A DNA stretch of 64,000 nt from Candidatus Hydrogenedentota bacterium (GTDB taxonomy: Bacteria; Hydrogenedentota; Hydrogenedentia; Hydrogenedentales; SLHB01): the NCBI GenBank assembly GCA_034408725.1, contig JAWXCN010000152.1, positions 10,552 through 74,551 on the forward strand, in the 5' to 3' direction. Of this stretch, positions 30,153-39,195 are shown one piece after another (positions within the stretch are counted from its first letter, which is position 1; each line of letters starts with the position of its first letter). The translations under genes and the position numbers were made by a program. The notes beneath the pieces are model-generated. The model was given only the letters and a program-made list of their open reading frames with translations. It ran no database searches and had not been told where the DNA came from.

Positions 30153-31187
30153 TTGGCGCGGCCTGTTACCATTCTCCGCGGCAAAGTACCGCTTCGCATC
30201 AGTTTCGCCGGAGGCGGTACCGACGTTGATCCCTACCGCACCCTTTACGGTGGATGCACCCTCAGCGCAACAATTGACAAGTTTGCGTACGTGAGTTGCC
30301 GGCCGCGCACCGATGACATCATTGAAGTGAGATCATTGGACTACGATATTGTCGCCAAATATCACAGCAAACAGCCATTTGTCATGGACGGTGAACTCGA
30401 TTTGGCGAAAGCGGTCATCGCCAAATTGCGCAGAGGGACTTCCGGGAAGGGGTTCGATCTGTTCATGCACAGTGACGCGCCTCCTGGCAGCGGGCTTGGC
30501 AGCTCTTCGACCATGGTAGTCGCGCTGGTAAGCGTGTTCATGGAATTCTTCCGGAGACCGTTGACATCCTACGAAGTCGCGGAACTGGCCTATGAGATCG
30601 AGCGCAAAGACCTCGGACTTAAAGGCGGCATGCAGGACCAGTATGGCGCGACCTTTGGCGGATTTAATTTCATCGAGTACGACGCGTCGAAAGTGATCGT
30701 TAACCCGCTGCGGCTCGCCCCGGAAACGCTGCTTGAGCTGCACTACTCCCTCATCCTCTGCTATACAAAACAGACTCGGGAGTCTGCCGGGATCATTGAT
30801 GAACAAATTGCGCGTATCGAAGGCGGAAACGATGAGGCCGTGCGCGCGACGCATGCGCTCAAGGACTTGTGTGTGCAGATGAAAAACGCTTTGTTACGCG
30901 GCAAACTGGCGCATTTTGGCGAACTCATGCACGCTTCCTGGGAGCAGAAGAAACGCATTGCGACAAGAATCACCAATTCGCGGATTGACGAGTTGTATGA
31001 GGAAGCTCGTGCGCTCGGGGCATTAGGCGGAAAAATACTCGGCGCTGGCGGCGGCGGATACTTGCTCACCCTGGCGCCGTTCGACAAGAAACATGTGATC
31101 ATGCGGCGCCTGAGTGATATGGGCGGCCAACCCGTCGATTTTAATTTCGATCATTATGGAGCGGTCACGTGGCGGGTAGTGGGGTGA
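30153..31187 (+). CDS. hddA: GHMP kinase, D-glycero-alpha-D-manno-heptose-7-phosphate kinase-like
   Basis: PLRISFAGGGTD, PPGSGLGSSS, QDQY, GAGGGG. Confidence 0.75.
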   Translation: MARPVTILRGKVPLRISFAGGGTDVDPYRTLYGGCTLSATIDKFAYVSCRPRTDDIIEVRSLDYDIVAKYHSKQPFVMDGELDLAKAVIAKLRRGTSGKGFDLFMHSDAPPGSGLGSSSTMVVALVSVFMEFFRRPLTSYEVAELAYEIERKDLGLKGGMQDQYGATFGGFNFIEYDASKVIVNPLRLAPETLLELHYSLILCYTKQTRESAGIIDEQIARIEGGNDEAVRATHALKDLCVQMKNALLRGKLAHFGELMHASWEQKKRIATRITNSRIDELYEEARALGALGGKILGAGGGGYLLTLAPFDKKHVIMRRLSDMGGQPVDFNFDHYGAVTWRVVG

Positions 31188-31194
31188 GTTACAA

Positions 31195-31283
31195 GGCGCG
31201 CGAGGACGCGCGCCCTCCCCGGCAATACGATGCGCGCCCGCCCCGGTAATAGGACGCGCGCGAAGACGCGCCATTCCTACCGG
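31195..31283 (-). repeat. Pair of GC-rich REP-like hairpins (second family)
   Basis: Minus strand GGAGGGCGCGCGTCCTCGCGCGCC and GTAGGAATGGCGCGTCTTCGCGCGCGTC, just after the kinase stop codon. Confidence 0.5.
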
Positions 31284-31479
31284 TGCTCTGGAACGGCAAA
31301 TTCATCTTTCGGGTGGAGATCGGAATTGATGTTGTCTAGGGCGTTTCGGCTCATCTCGGGGCGGATGAGGACAGGCGGATATGACGCGATGAATTCATCG
31401 AGTAGCCCCGCGGCCATTTACGAACACAGTGGCCTTCCGGGATTTGTCCCCCACTTCTTTTTTGATTACGGATAGGCCG

Positions 31480-31666
31480 TTACCATCCTCCACACATGAA
31501 AACAGCAACGACAATTGTGGCCGCCTGGACATCAACGCCCGTGAACAGGCCGACCATGCGGTACCAAATTACCTGGTACATGAGGGCGGACTACCCGGAA
31601 GCAAACGAACATTGCTACTGTCAGGCCAAACACCAATGCGGAGGCGCTGCTTTGATGATGTTTCAC
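31480..31666 (-). pseudogene. Remnant of the N-terminus of a fused MFS/spermidine-synthase-like membrane protein
   Basis: Manual translation gives ..ALVFGLTVAMFVC, then a frameshift, then SG*SALMYQVIWYRMVGLFTGVDVQAATIVVAVFMCGGW*. This resembles the family's SG..ALxYQVxWxR..GLF.G..V...TIVVA.FM.G start. Confidence 0.6.
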
Positions 31667-31729
31667 CTACCGCATCTCCGGCTGCGTCGCGTTTCAGGAA
31701 CTCTCAACAGGACGTTGACTGGCCAGAAG

Positions 31730-32824
31730 CTAACCGTTCTTCGCTTGAAACGCTTTCATGAATTCCGCAAGAGTGCTGCACCCGTCAATTGACATCGCGT
31801 TATAGATCGAGGCACGGATGCCCCCCACGCTTCGGTGGCCCTTGAGGCCGTCCATGCCCGCCGCTTTGCTCTCTTGTACGAATTTCGCTTCCAGCTCTTC
31901 CGTGGGAAGACGCCAGGTGACGTTCATGGCTGAACGGCATTCGGACTGCGCATGGCCACGGTAGAAACCCGTGCTTGCGTCGATTGCGTCGTACAACAGC
32001 GTGGCCTTTTCGGCATTGCGCGCCTCGACATTCGCCAAGCCGCCGATGTCCTTTAGAAGCCACTTCGTCACGAGCATCACCAGGTAGATCGCGAAACAGG
32101 GCGGCGTATTGTATAAGGAATCGTTTTCCGAAATGACGCGATAATCAAGCATTGACGGCAGATTCGCGGGAACCCGTTCGAGCATGTCTTCCCGCAGAAT
32201 GACGGCGACGACACCGGACGGGCCGATATTTTTCTGCGCGCCAGCATAGATGACTGCATATTTGCTCACATCCAGGCGGCGGGACAGGAAATCGGAAGAC
32301 ATGTCGCACACGAGTGGCGCCGCGCCGGCGTCTGGTTCCGCCCGAAACTGTACCCCTTCTATCGTTTCGTTAGAGGTAAAATGGCAGTAGGCGGCGGCCG
32401 GGTCGAGCTCGAGTTCGTCCGGTGCCGGGACGCGCACATATCCTTCCGTTTTCCCGTTCCAGGCGGCGCGCGCATCGCCCTCCTTCTTCGCTTCCTTGAT
32501 GGCCTTGCTCCCCCATGCGCCGGTAATGATGTAGTCAGCAGACTTCCCGGCGCCACGGAGAAAATTCATGGGGATTTGTGAAAACTGGAGCGAGGCGCCA
32601 CCCTGCATGAAAAGTATCTTGTAGTTCGGCGGCACATCGAGCAGCTTGGCGATGTTCTCTTTGGCTTCGAACAAGACGGATTCAAAGGTCTTGGAACGAT
32701 GGCTGATTTCCATGATCGACGCGCCCGCCCCGGGATACAGCAGGAGTTCGCGTTGCGCCTCTTCAAGTGCTGCGACAGGCAGGGCCGCCGGACCGGCGGA
32801 AAAATTGTGGACACGTTGTTCCAT
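31730..32824 (-). CDS. serC: Phosphoserine aminotransferase
   Basis: HNFSAGPA, SHRS, DMSS, GAQKNIGP, NTPP, GHRSVGGIRASIYNA. Confidence 0.97.
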   Translation of the reverse strand: MEQRVHNFSAGPAALPVAALEEAQRELLLYPGAGASIMEISHRSKTFESVLFEAKENIAKLLDVPPNYKILFMQGGASLQFSQIPMNFLRGAGKSADYIITGAWGSKAIKEAKKEGDARAAWNGKTEGYVRVPAPDELELDPAAAYCHFTSNETIEGVQFRAEPDAGAAPLVCDMSSDFLSRRLDVSKYAVIYAGAQKNIGPSGVVAVILREDMLERVPANLPSMLDYRVISENDSLYNTPPCFAIYLVMLVTKWLLKDIGGLANVEARNAEKATLLYDAIDASTGFYRGHAQSECRSAMNVTWRLPTEELEAKFVQESKAAGMDGLKGHRSVGGIRASIYNAMSIDGCSTLAEFMKAFQAKNG

Positions 32825-32991
32825 GGCGAATTGCTCCCAAATGCGATCCGGCGCTCGGAACTATTCTATTCCGGCGCCGGGGATTGCTACCGTGAAAGCG
32901 TAACGTACCGGAGCGCGTGGTCCATGCGCAAGTGCCGTAATTAGGCTTCCTCCTAAACTTGGTGTTCTGGAATGAGCACAATTCCTTGGGA

Positions 32992-33085
32992 GCCGCCGCT
33001 CTCCAAATAGGCTGCGTGTTAAAACGCGGTTTTTGGGATTATTTGGACTGCGGCGGCGAAGCGGGTAGCGCAGACATCGCTTTGG
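32992..33085. repeat. Degenerate REP-like inverted doublet related to the 24.9-kb family
   Basis: GCCGCCGCTCTCCAAATA (32992-33009) is inverted relative to TATTTGGACTGCGGCGGC (33040-33057). Same TTGGA(G/C)TGCGGC head as the 24.9-kb REPs. Confidence 0.55.
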
Positions 33086-33110
33086 CTGTTTATGGGCGAC
33101 GTATTACCTA

Positions 33111-33139
33111 TTGACCGGTAGGTCGACACGAGGTATTAT
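33111..33139 (+). promoter_or_regulatory. Putative sigma70 promoter
   Basis: TTGACC-N17-TATTAT, about 36 nt before the ATG at 33176. Confidence 0.6.
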
Positions 33140-33175
33140 GAAAACGCCTCGAACCCAATCTGATGGAACATCGCC

Positions 33176-34522
33176 ATGCTAAATCTCATCGAGATGGCCA
33201 TCCCGGCATTCTTCTTACTTATCCTCGTTGAGGTCTGCCTTAGCCTTTTAATCCGGCGGAGGGTCTACCGGTACACGGACAGCATCAATGATCTGAGCAT
33301 GGGGATCGTCGATCAGGTCGGTGGCGCGTTTCTAAAGTCCATAGTTTTTGCCGGCTATCTTTTTCTATTTCAAAATTACCGATTGTTCGACATTCCCGCC
33401 GGCTCGATAGCCGCCGCGATTGGGTGTCTGGCGATGTACGATTTCATGTATTATTGGGCGCACCGGAGCAGCCATGACGTCAACATTATTTGGGGTTCTC
33501 ACATCCCCCATCACCAGAGTGAAGAATACAACTTGACCGTTGCACTGCGGCAAGGCGTGTTCCAAGGGTGTTTTTTCTGGATTTTTTATTTACCGCTTGC
33601 GCTGATCGGATTTCATCCCACCCTTTTTATTCTTATGGCCTCTATTGACACGCTATACCAATTTTGGATTCATACCCGGACTATCGGAAAGCTCGGCCCA
33701 CTCGAGTGGGTCTTGAATACACCATCGCATCACCGAGTCCACCATGCCAAAAACCCGAAGTATATTGATCGGAATCACGGCGGCATTCTGATCATTTGGG
33801 ACCGCATCTTCGGCACTTTTATGGAGGAGGAGGAGGAACCGATTTACGGTACCGCGACTCCGTTGCGGAGTTGGAACCCAGTTTGGGGTCAAGTCCACTA
33901 TTGGATCGACCTGTTCAAGTTGGCCTGGAGCGCACCGCGATGGCAGGACAAGTTGTTGGTCTGGGTGAAACGGCCGGCATGGCGTCCGCAAGGGTTGGAA
34001 AAGCAAGGCCCGCCAGCGTACCTCACGGAGGCGTTTTACCAAAAATACCACCCGCGCATCCCGGGGGGGTTAAGTCTGTACACCGTGTTTCAATTTATAC
34101 CGGCGTTGCTCATCGGTACGGCGTTTCTGGCGTACGAATCGACCATGACTTGGCAGACGCGCACGGGTGTTGCGGGACTGGTGATCATCACGCTCGTCTG
34201 CATTGGCGGGATATTCGAGTCCAAACGGTGGGCGCTACACCTGGAAATCGTGCGGCATCCCGTGATGTCCGTTACGGCATTTATTTTCGCAAGCATCCAT
34301 TTTGGATTGGATAGCCCCGCGGGAGTCGTGGCGGCGGCCTTTGGGACGGTCTACTCAACGACGATGCTCGCCTGGGTATTGCAGTACCGTGAAGTGTTCG
34401 TTCGGGCTTTCGGTCCAATTGAAGAATCCGCCGCGACGACGGCGTCAGTGGAGCCTGGGCGAATGCTGGTGAACGAATTAAGCGAAGAGGGCGCATTGAC
34501 GCCGCAAAACGAACAGGCATAG
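33176..34522 (+). CDS. Sterol desaturase / fatty acid hydroxylase family protein (alkylglycerol monooxygenase-like)
   Basis: His boxes HRSSH, HIPHH and HHRVHH, plus QFWIHT, WDRIFGTF and an extra C-terminal TM domain. Confidence 0.88.
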   Translation: MLNLIEMAIPAFFLLILVEVCLSLLIRRRVYRYTDSINDLSMGIVDQVGGAFLKSIVFAGYLFLFQNYRLFDIPAGSIAAAIGCLAMYDFMYYWAHRSSHDVNIIWGSHIPHHQSEEYNLTVALRQGVFQGCFFWIFYLPLALIGFHPTLFILMASIDTLYQFWIHTRTIGKLGPLEWVLNTPSHHRVHHAKNPKYIDRNHGGILIIWDRIFGTFMEEEEEPIYGTATPLRSWNPVWGQVHYWIDLFKLAWSAPRWQDKLLVWVKRPAWRPQGLEKQGPPAYLTEAFYQKYHPRIPGGLSLYTVFQFIPALLIGTAFLAYESTMTWQTRTGVAGLVIITLVCIGGIFESKRWALHLEIVRHPVMSVTAFIFASIHFGLDSPAGVVAAAFGTVYSTTMLAWVLQYREVFVRAFGPIEESAATTASVEPGRMLVNELSEEGALTPQNEQA

Positions 34523-34539
34523 GTAGGCGCCATCCGCGA

Positions 34540-35553
34540 TTAACGGGCGATTACGCGGGAAGCGTCGTTATCCAGATATATGTGCATCCGGGATTCGAAG
34601 AACCCGCGGGTGCGAATCAGGCCTTCGCGTAGATCGACGCGCGGGGACCAGTCTACGAGGCTTCGCAATTTCTTGTTCGAGATCGTGACGTCGCCGACGT
34701 CCATTTGCGCCCAGTCTTTGGGCCAGGGAACCTGCTTTACGCCGCCAGATCCGAAGGTACTGACCACCATGTTAGCGAAATCGACAACGCTGTGCTCCGC
34801 ATCGCCCGCGGCGAAAAGCACATGCCCTTCGGTCGCCGGTTCGAGCGCGACTTCGAGCAAGGCATCTACGCAGTCATCGACATACAGGACGTTTCTGCGT
34901 TGTTTCCCCTCGCCGTAAATGGTCAGCTCTTTTCCCTGAAGCGCGAGTCCAATGAAAAAATTCAGGACCCCGCCGTCGCTGCTGCGAATGTTCGCGCGCG
35001 GTCCAAAAATATTGGCAAGACGAACGACGGACGCGCGAATCCCGTGCGCGCGGTGGTAGATAAGGTGGTATTTTTCCGCAACGCTCTTGTTCGCGCTGTA
35101 GATATCCAGGGGATATTCGGGATGGTTTTCGTCCACTACGTCGTGAATGCGCGCGCCGCATTGGGTGCTGGTGCCTATGTAGATGACGCGGGCTTTCGCG
35201 TTCTCGCGCCGCACGGACTCGAGCACGTTCATGGCGCCGATGCAATTGATTTGAATATCGAGATACGGGTCGCGCATCGAATATGCGTGCGAGGTATGGC
35301 CAGCGCAATTGAAAACGAAATCCTGATCGCGAATCGCGCGGTCCACGAGGTGCATGTCGCGAACATCGTTAATGACGGTGCGCACGCCAGGGTAGCCTTC
35401 AAGGTTGGCAATATTTCCACCGCCGTGGTCCATCAGCGAGTCGTATACTGTCACGCGGGCGCCTTCATGTGCGCACCGAAGAGCAAGGTTGCTGCCGATG
35501 AAGCCCAACCCGCCAAGCACCAACACATTCTTGTCGAGAAATCGCGTGTTCAC
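34540..35553 (-). CDS. NAD-dependent nucleotide-sugar epimerase/dehydratase
   Basis: [27 protein letters not shown]. Confidence 0.9.
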   Translation of the reverse strand: MNTRFLDKNVLVLGGLGFIGSNLALRCAHEGARVTVYDSLMDHGGGNIANLEGYPGVRTVINDVRDMHLVDRAIRDQDFVFNCAGHTSHAYSMRDPYLDIQINCIGAMNVLESVRRENAKARVIYIGTSTQCGARIHDVVDENHPEYPLDIYSANKSVAEKYHLIYHRAHGIRASVVRLANIFGPRANIRSSDGGVLNFFIGLALQGKELTIYGEGKQRRNVLYVDDCVDALLEVALEPATEGHVLFAAGDAEHSVVDFANMVVSTFGSGGVKQVPWPKDWAQMDVGDVTISNKKLRSLVDWSPRVDLREGLIRTRGFFESRMHIYLDNDASRVIAR

Positions 35554-35859
35554 GGCCTCATCTCCACGCCCCGCTGAAGGATTGACTCCGGCGGAGTTTA
35601 ACGCAGTTGTGCAGGGAAAGGAAATTAAATGGCGCCGGGAGTGCCACGGGCGTCGCCTTTTTTGGATGCCGGTGGCTGCCCAACTCGCGGGTCAAGCCTA
35701 AGTGGCCGAGTCACGAGAGGTGGTAAAACGACGCCGTTGTGGAAGGGCTTCGGCTACGCCGGGAGTCAAAGCGGTAACGGTTGCTACCGCAATCCCAAAA
35801 AGTCCACGGTGGATTTGTGTTTCACTTGCTTCTTTCGCTGCGCTATTCTTTGGGGAACC

Positions 35860-36792
35860 ATGCACAGCAGCCAGCGAACAACCGTAATCGTGAATCCGAG
35901 CTCCGCGAACGGACGGACGGGAAAGCGATGGACGGAAATCGAGCGCGGCTTGCGTAGCGTGTTGGGAGATTTCACCACACTCATTACAAAACGGCCGGGT
36001 CGCGCCGTGGATTTGACGAGCAGGGCGATTCACGACGGGTGCGAGCTGATTGTCAGCGTGGGCGGTGACGGCACACATTGTGAGGTGGTAAACGGGTTTT
36101 TCAATGGGAACCTGCCAATTAACCCCGGCGCGACGATGGCCATTTTCCCGCACGGCACCGGATCGGACCTCGCGCGGGGTATGAACGTGCGCACTCGGGA
36201 GCAAGCATTGCGCATGCTGGCGGCGCGGCGTGTAGGTAAGATTGACCTTGGCAGGGTCACGCTCACATTACCCCACGGCGGCACACAGGTGCGCTACTTT
36301 CTCAATATCGCGGACTTTGGCATTGGCGGCGCGGTGGCGGAACGCGTCAATGGACAGACGAAACGGCTTGGCCCGTTCCTGACTTTTTTGTCGGCGGTGC
36401 TGCGAACGCTTGTCACCTTCCGGAACCCGACAGTCGCCCTGCAAATCGACGGAGAAATGCTGAATGTTCGGACGATCAACGTCATCATCGCGAACGGCCA
36501 ATATTACGGTGGAGGCATTCATGTTGCGCGTGAAGCGAAAATGGACGACGGCACGTTCGAGGTGTACGTGCTCGGGGATATCCGGTTATTGACCGCGTTG
36601 CGGTATCTGCACACGTTCTATTCGGGAACGTATGTGCGGTACCCGCACCTTGTGCGGCGATTTAAGGCGACGCGCATTGTGGCGCAATCAGATGAACGGG
36701 TATTGCTGAATCTGGATGGCGAGCAACCGGGTCAACTGCCCGCGGCAATCGAGTTGCTTCCTGGCGCGCTGCAATTCGTGTTGCCGGAATGA
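35860..36792 (+). CDS. Diacylglycerol/lipid kinase family protein (YegS/DgkB-like)
   Basis: VNPSS, GGDGT, PHGTGSD, NGQYYGGG, DGE. Confidence 0.9.
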   Translation: MHSSQRTTVIVNPSSANGRTGKRWTEIERGLRSVLGDFTTLITKRPGRAVDLTSRAIHDGCELIVSVGGDGTHCEVVNGFFNGNLPINPGATMAIFPHGTGSDLARGMNVRTREQALRMLAARRVGKIDLGRVTLTLPHGGTQVRYFLNIADFGIGGAVAERVNGQTKRLGPFLTFLSAVLRTLVTFRNPTVALQIDGEMLNVRTINVIIANGQYYGGGIHVAREAKMDDGTFEVYVLGDIRLLTALRYLHTFYSGTYVRYPHLVRRFKATRIVAQSDERVLLNLDGEQPGQLPAAIELLPGALQFVLPE

Positions 36793-36800
36793 CGAATGCG

Positions 36801-39182
36801 CTAAGCCGTACTGACGTTTGGCTGTTTCCTTATCAGCAGCACCAGCGAAACTATTCCCGACACGACCAACACGGCCACCGATAGCCCGAGGCCCAGCGCG
36901 AGGCTTAACGGTTCGTATCTGAATTGGACTACGTGCGCGCCTTCAGGCACCAGCACTCCACGCATGCAGTAGTAGGCGGGCCAGAGTTCCGTTTCCTGTC
37001 CGTCGATATATGCTTTCCAACCGGGGAACCATTGTTCAGCGAAAATCAGGGCGCAATCTTCCTTCGCTTCTACCGCGATCGTTGCGGTAAGCGTGGTGTG
37101 GTCCGTAACGTGGGCGGAGCCGAGGTCTGTATTGGATGTGCCCGGCAATGGCGCATCAGGAGGACGTTCGGTCACAGCGGCGACTGCTGGATCGAATTCC
37201 GGCTGCATCATCGTGTCGAAGACGCCACCGGCATCCGGCGCAGTGATTACCTTGCCGACGAGGCGCGCACGCGGCAAGGCGTTTGGATTGTCCCATAAAC
37301 CCAAGTTGTCGATGATGCCGATCAGTTTCAAATTCACGGAATCAAACGTTCTGTCTTCCGGCGGGGGGATGTATTGATCAATGGCGAGTATCGGTTCGAG
37401 CTTCCCCCACTGTTGCGCGCGAATCTCTTCGTAAAAACGCGTAACCCGGTCGGGATAAATGCCGTCGTACCCCCACGCCTCTTCCACCCCATAGGGCAAC
37501 AAAATGCCAAGCCGTACACTTGCGGTGAATCGGGGCCCGGTGCTGATGCAGACGCGATAGGGTTTAGGCTGATTCTGGAGATAAGTTGTCAGCCGTGTAT
37601 CCGGAAATAAATGCAATCGGGATTCCACTGGCCGCATGTCGTGGCAGGCAACGAATAGATCGATGGCCAGCACGATCCAGAGCAGGTGTAGGAGTAACGC
37701 GCTTCTTTTGAAAAAGGCATGCGCGTAGAGAATTCCAATCGATACAGCCCCGAACGCCACTGCAATCACTATTTGTCTGATCACGTACTGCGACATGCCC
37801 GCCCGCGCGATGTCGCCGTATCGCCACGCATAAACCATACACGCGCCCGAGGCGATCAAAATCAACAGCCCAACAGGAAACAGGAAGTCAAGCTTCGTGC
37901 GTGGCGAACGGCTCCAATGTTCGACTCCCATGGCGGCGAGCACCGGCAGCGCAAACATGCCGAATGATATGTGGTGCATGGGCCACATGGAACTGAAGAC
38001 CGGCAAATCCAGAACTGGACGGACTATGGGAACTCCATAGCCGAGTAGAAACGCGACAAGGGTTGGAACACCAAGCGCAATTCGGCGGCACCACTCTTTT
38101 CGCGTAACAGGACCGCTCGCCATCAGCGCGGCAATGGCGATCCACACCCCCATCCCCGCGTAAACGAGGCTGATGTAGTTCGAATTGTCCAAGACTTCCT
38201 GTTCAACCCAGACGTTGTCGTCTGCCGTAAAACCGTAGAATCGTGGAATCCACATGGCAATGGAAGTGTTTTCACGAACGAACGGGCGGCGCTCAAGTCC
38301 CGCGGCGCGTTGATTGAAGGTTTCGCTATGCACGAGGTACTCGGCAAATGGCAGCAGTTGCGCCATGCACGCGCCAATAGCAATCGCCCAGAGAATCGAG
38401 CACGCGCCGAGGGGTTTCCATAGTTTCGCGCCCCGGCGCCTGTCGAGCAGAAGCCGCAGAAAAAAATATGCGCCAACTCCAAGCGCGAACGCGAAAGAAC
38501 TTTCCGGGTGACCACCGAGCAGCAGCAGCGTCGCGCCGAGGGCGCCGGTAAAAATACCGCGGCGATAACGGGCTTCAAGAATCCATTCAACGCCCAGCAA
38601 AAGCAACGGCACCCACGCGCTGACATCGGTAATGGGAAGGTACCACCACGACATGTTGAACATGCTCAGCATCCAGCCGATGGAAACAAGGCGAGACGCC
38701 GGAATTCCAAACCCATGGCCGCGGGCAAAGATGTACGCGGTCGCTCCGCAGAGCCAAAGTTTGAGCATGTAAAAGAGGGTCGTTGCAAAATAATGTTCAA
38801 ATATGCGGAACAGGAGTTTGGGCGGATACAACACCGTGCTCTGGTAATTTGCAAGCAAGGGCGCGCCGGTCATTTGAAGGTCATTCCACAGCGGCCATTC
38901 TCCCATCGAGAACGCGCGTGTCGCGAGCAGGTTGTAGTTATTGAACACGATCAGGATTTCGGACGTGATGGAGTTCTCGGCGACCTGCCAGTCGCTGGGC
39001 GTGTACGGTTTAAACGGAAACCGCTCGTACAGGATGCTGCCGGGTACAGACACATCGCCGCGTAAAAAGGCGCCGGGGAACAGCACGAAGACCACGAACA
39101 ATAGAATCGCCGCCTGAAGGAAGTATTCGTTCCGGAGCATTGATGTTCGAGATTGCGGCATAGTCATAACACTCTGTGACAA
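36801..39182 (-). CDS. YfhO-like polytopic membrane protein (putative GT-C glycosyltransferase), paralogue 3 of the tandem array
   Basis: GEWPLWN..G.PLLANYQS, GHPE, GYDG, WFPGWKAYIDG, many TM helices. Confidence 0.82.
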   Translation of the reverse strand: MSQSVMTMPQSRTSMLRNEYFLQAAILLFVVFVLFPGAFLRGDVSVPGSILYERFPFKPYTPSDWQVAENSITSEILIVFNNYNLLATRAFSMGEWPLWNDLQMTGAPLLANYQSTVLYPPKLLFRIFEHYFATTLFYMLKLWLCGATAYIFARGHGFGIPASRLVSIGWMLSMFNMSWWYLPITDVSAWVPLLLLGVEWILEARYRRGIFTGALGATLLLLGGHPESSFAFALGVGAYFFLRLLLDRRRGAKLWKPLGACSILWAIAIGACMAQLLPFAEYLVHSETFNQRAAGLERRPFVRENTSIAMWIPRFYGFTADDNVWVEQEVLDNSNYISLVYAGMGVWIAIAALMASGPVTRKEWCRRIALGVPTLVAFLLGYGVPIVRPVLDLPVFSSMWPMHHISFGMFALPVLAAMGVEHWSRSPRTKLDFLFPVGLLILIASGACMVYAWRYGDIARAGMSQYVIRQIVIAVAFGAVSIGILYAHAFFKRSALLLHLLWIVLAIDLFVACHDMRPVESRLHLFPDTRLTTYLQNQPKPYRVCISTGPRFTASVRLGILLPYGVEEAWGYDGIYPDRVTRFYEEIRAQQWGKLEPILAIDQYIPPPEDRTFDSVNLKLIGIIDNLGLWDNPNALPRARLVGKVITAPDAGGVFDTMMQPEFDPAVAAVTERPPDAPLPGTSNTDLGSAHVTDHTTLTATIAVEAKEDCALIFAEQWFPGWKAYIDGQETELWPAYYCMRGVLVPEGAHVVQFRYEPLSLALGLGLSVAVLVVSGIVSLVLLIRKQPNVSTA

Positions 39183-39195
39183 GTTGCCGCGAAGT

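Noticed and set aside
31429-31792. Plus-strand ORFs of 110 and 98 aa
   Set aside because: No motifs; the region is better explained by the minus-strand pseudogene remnant.
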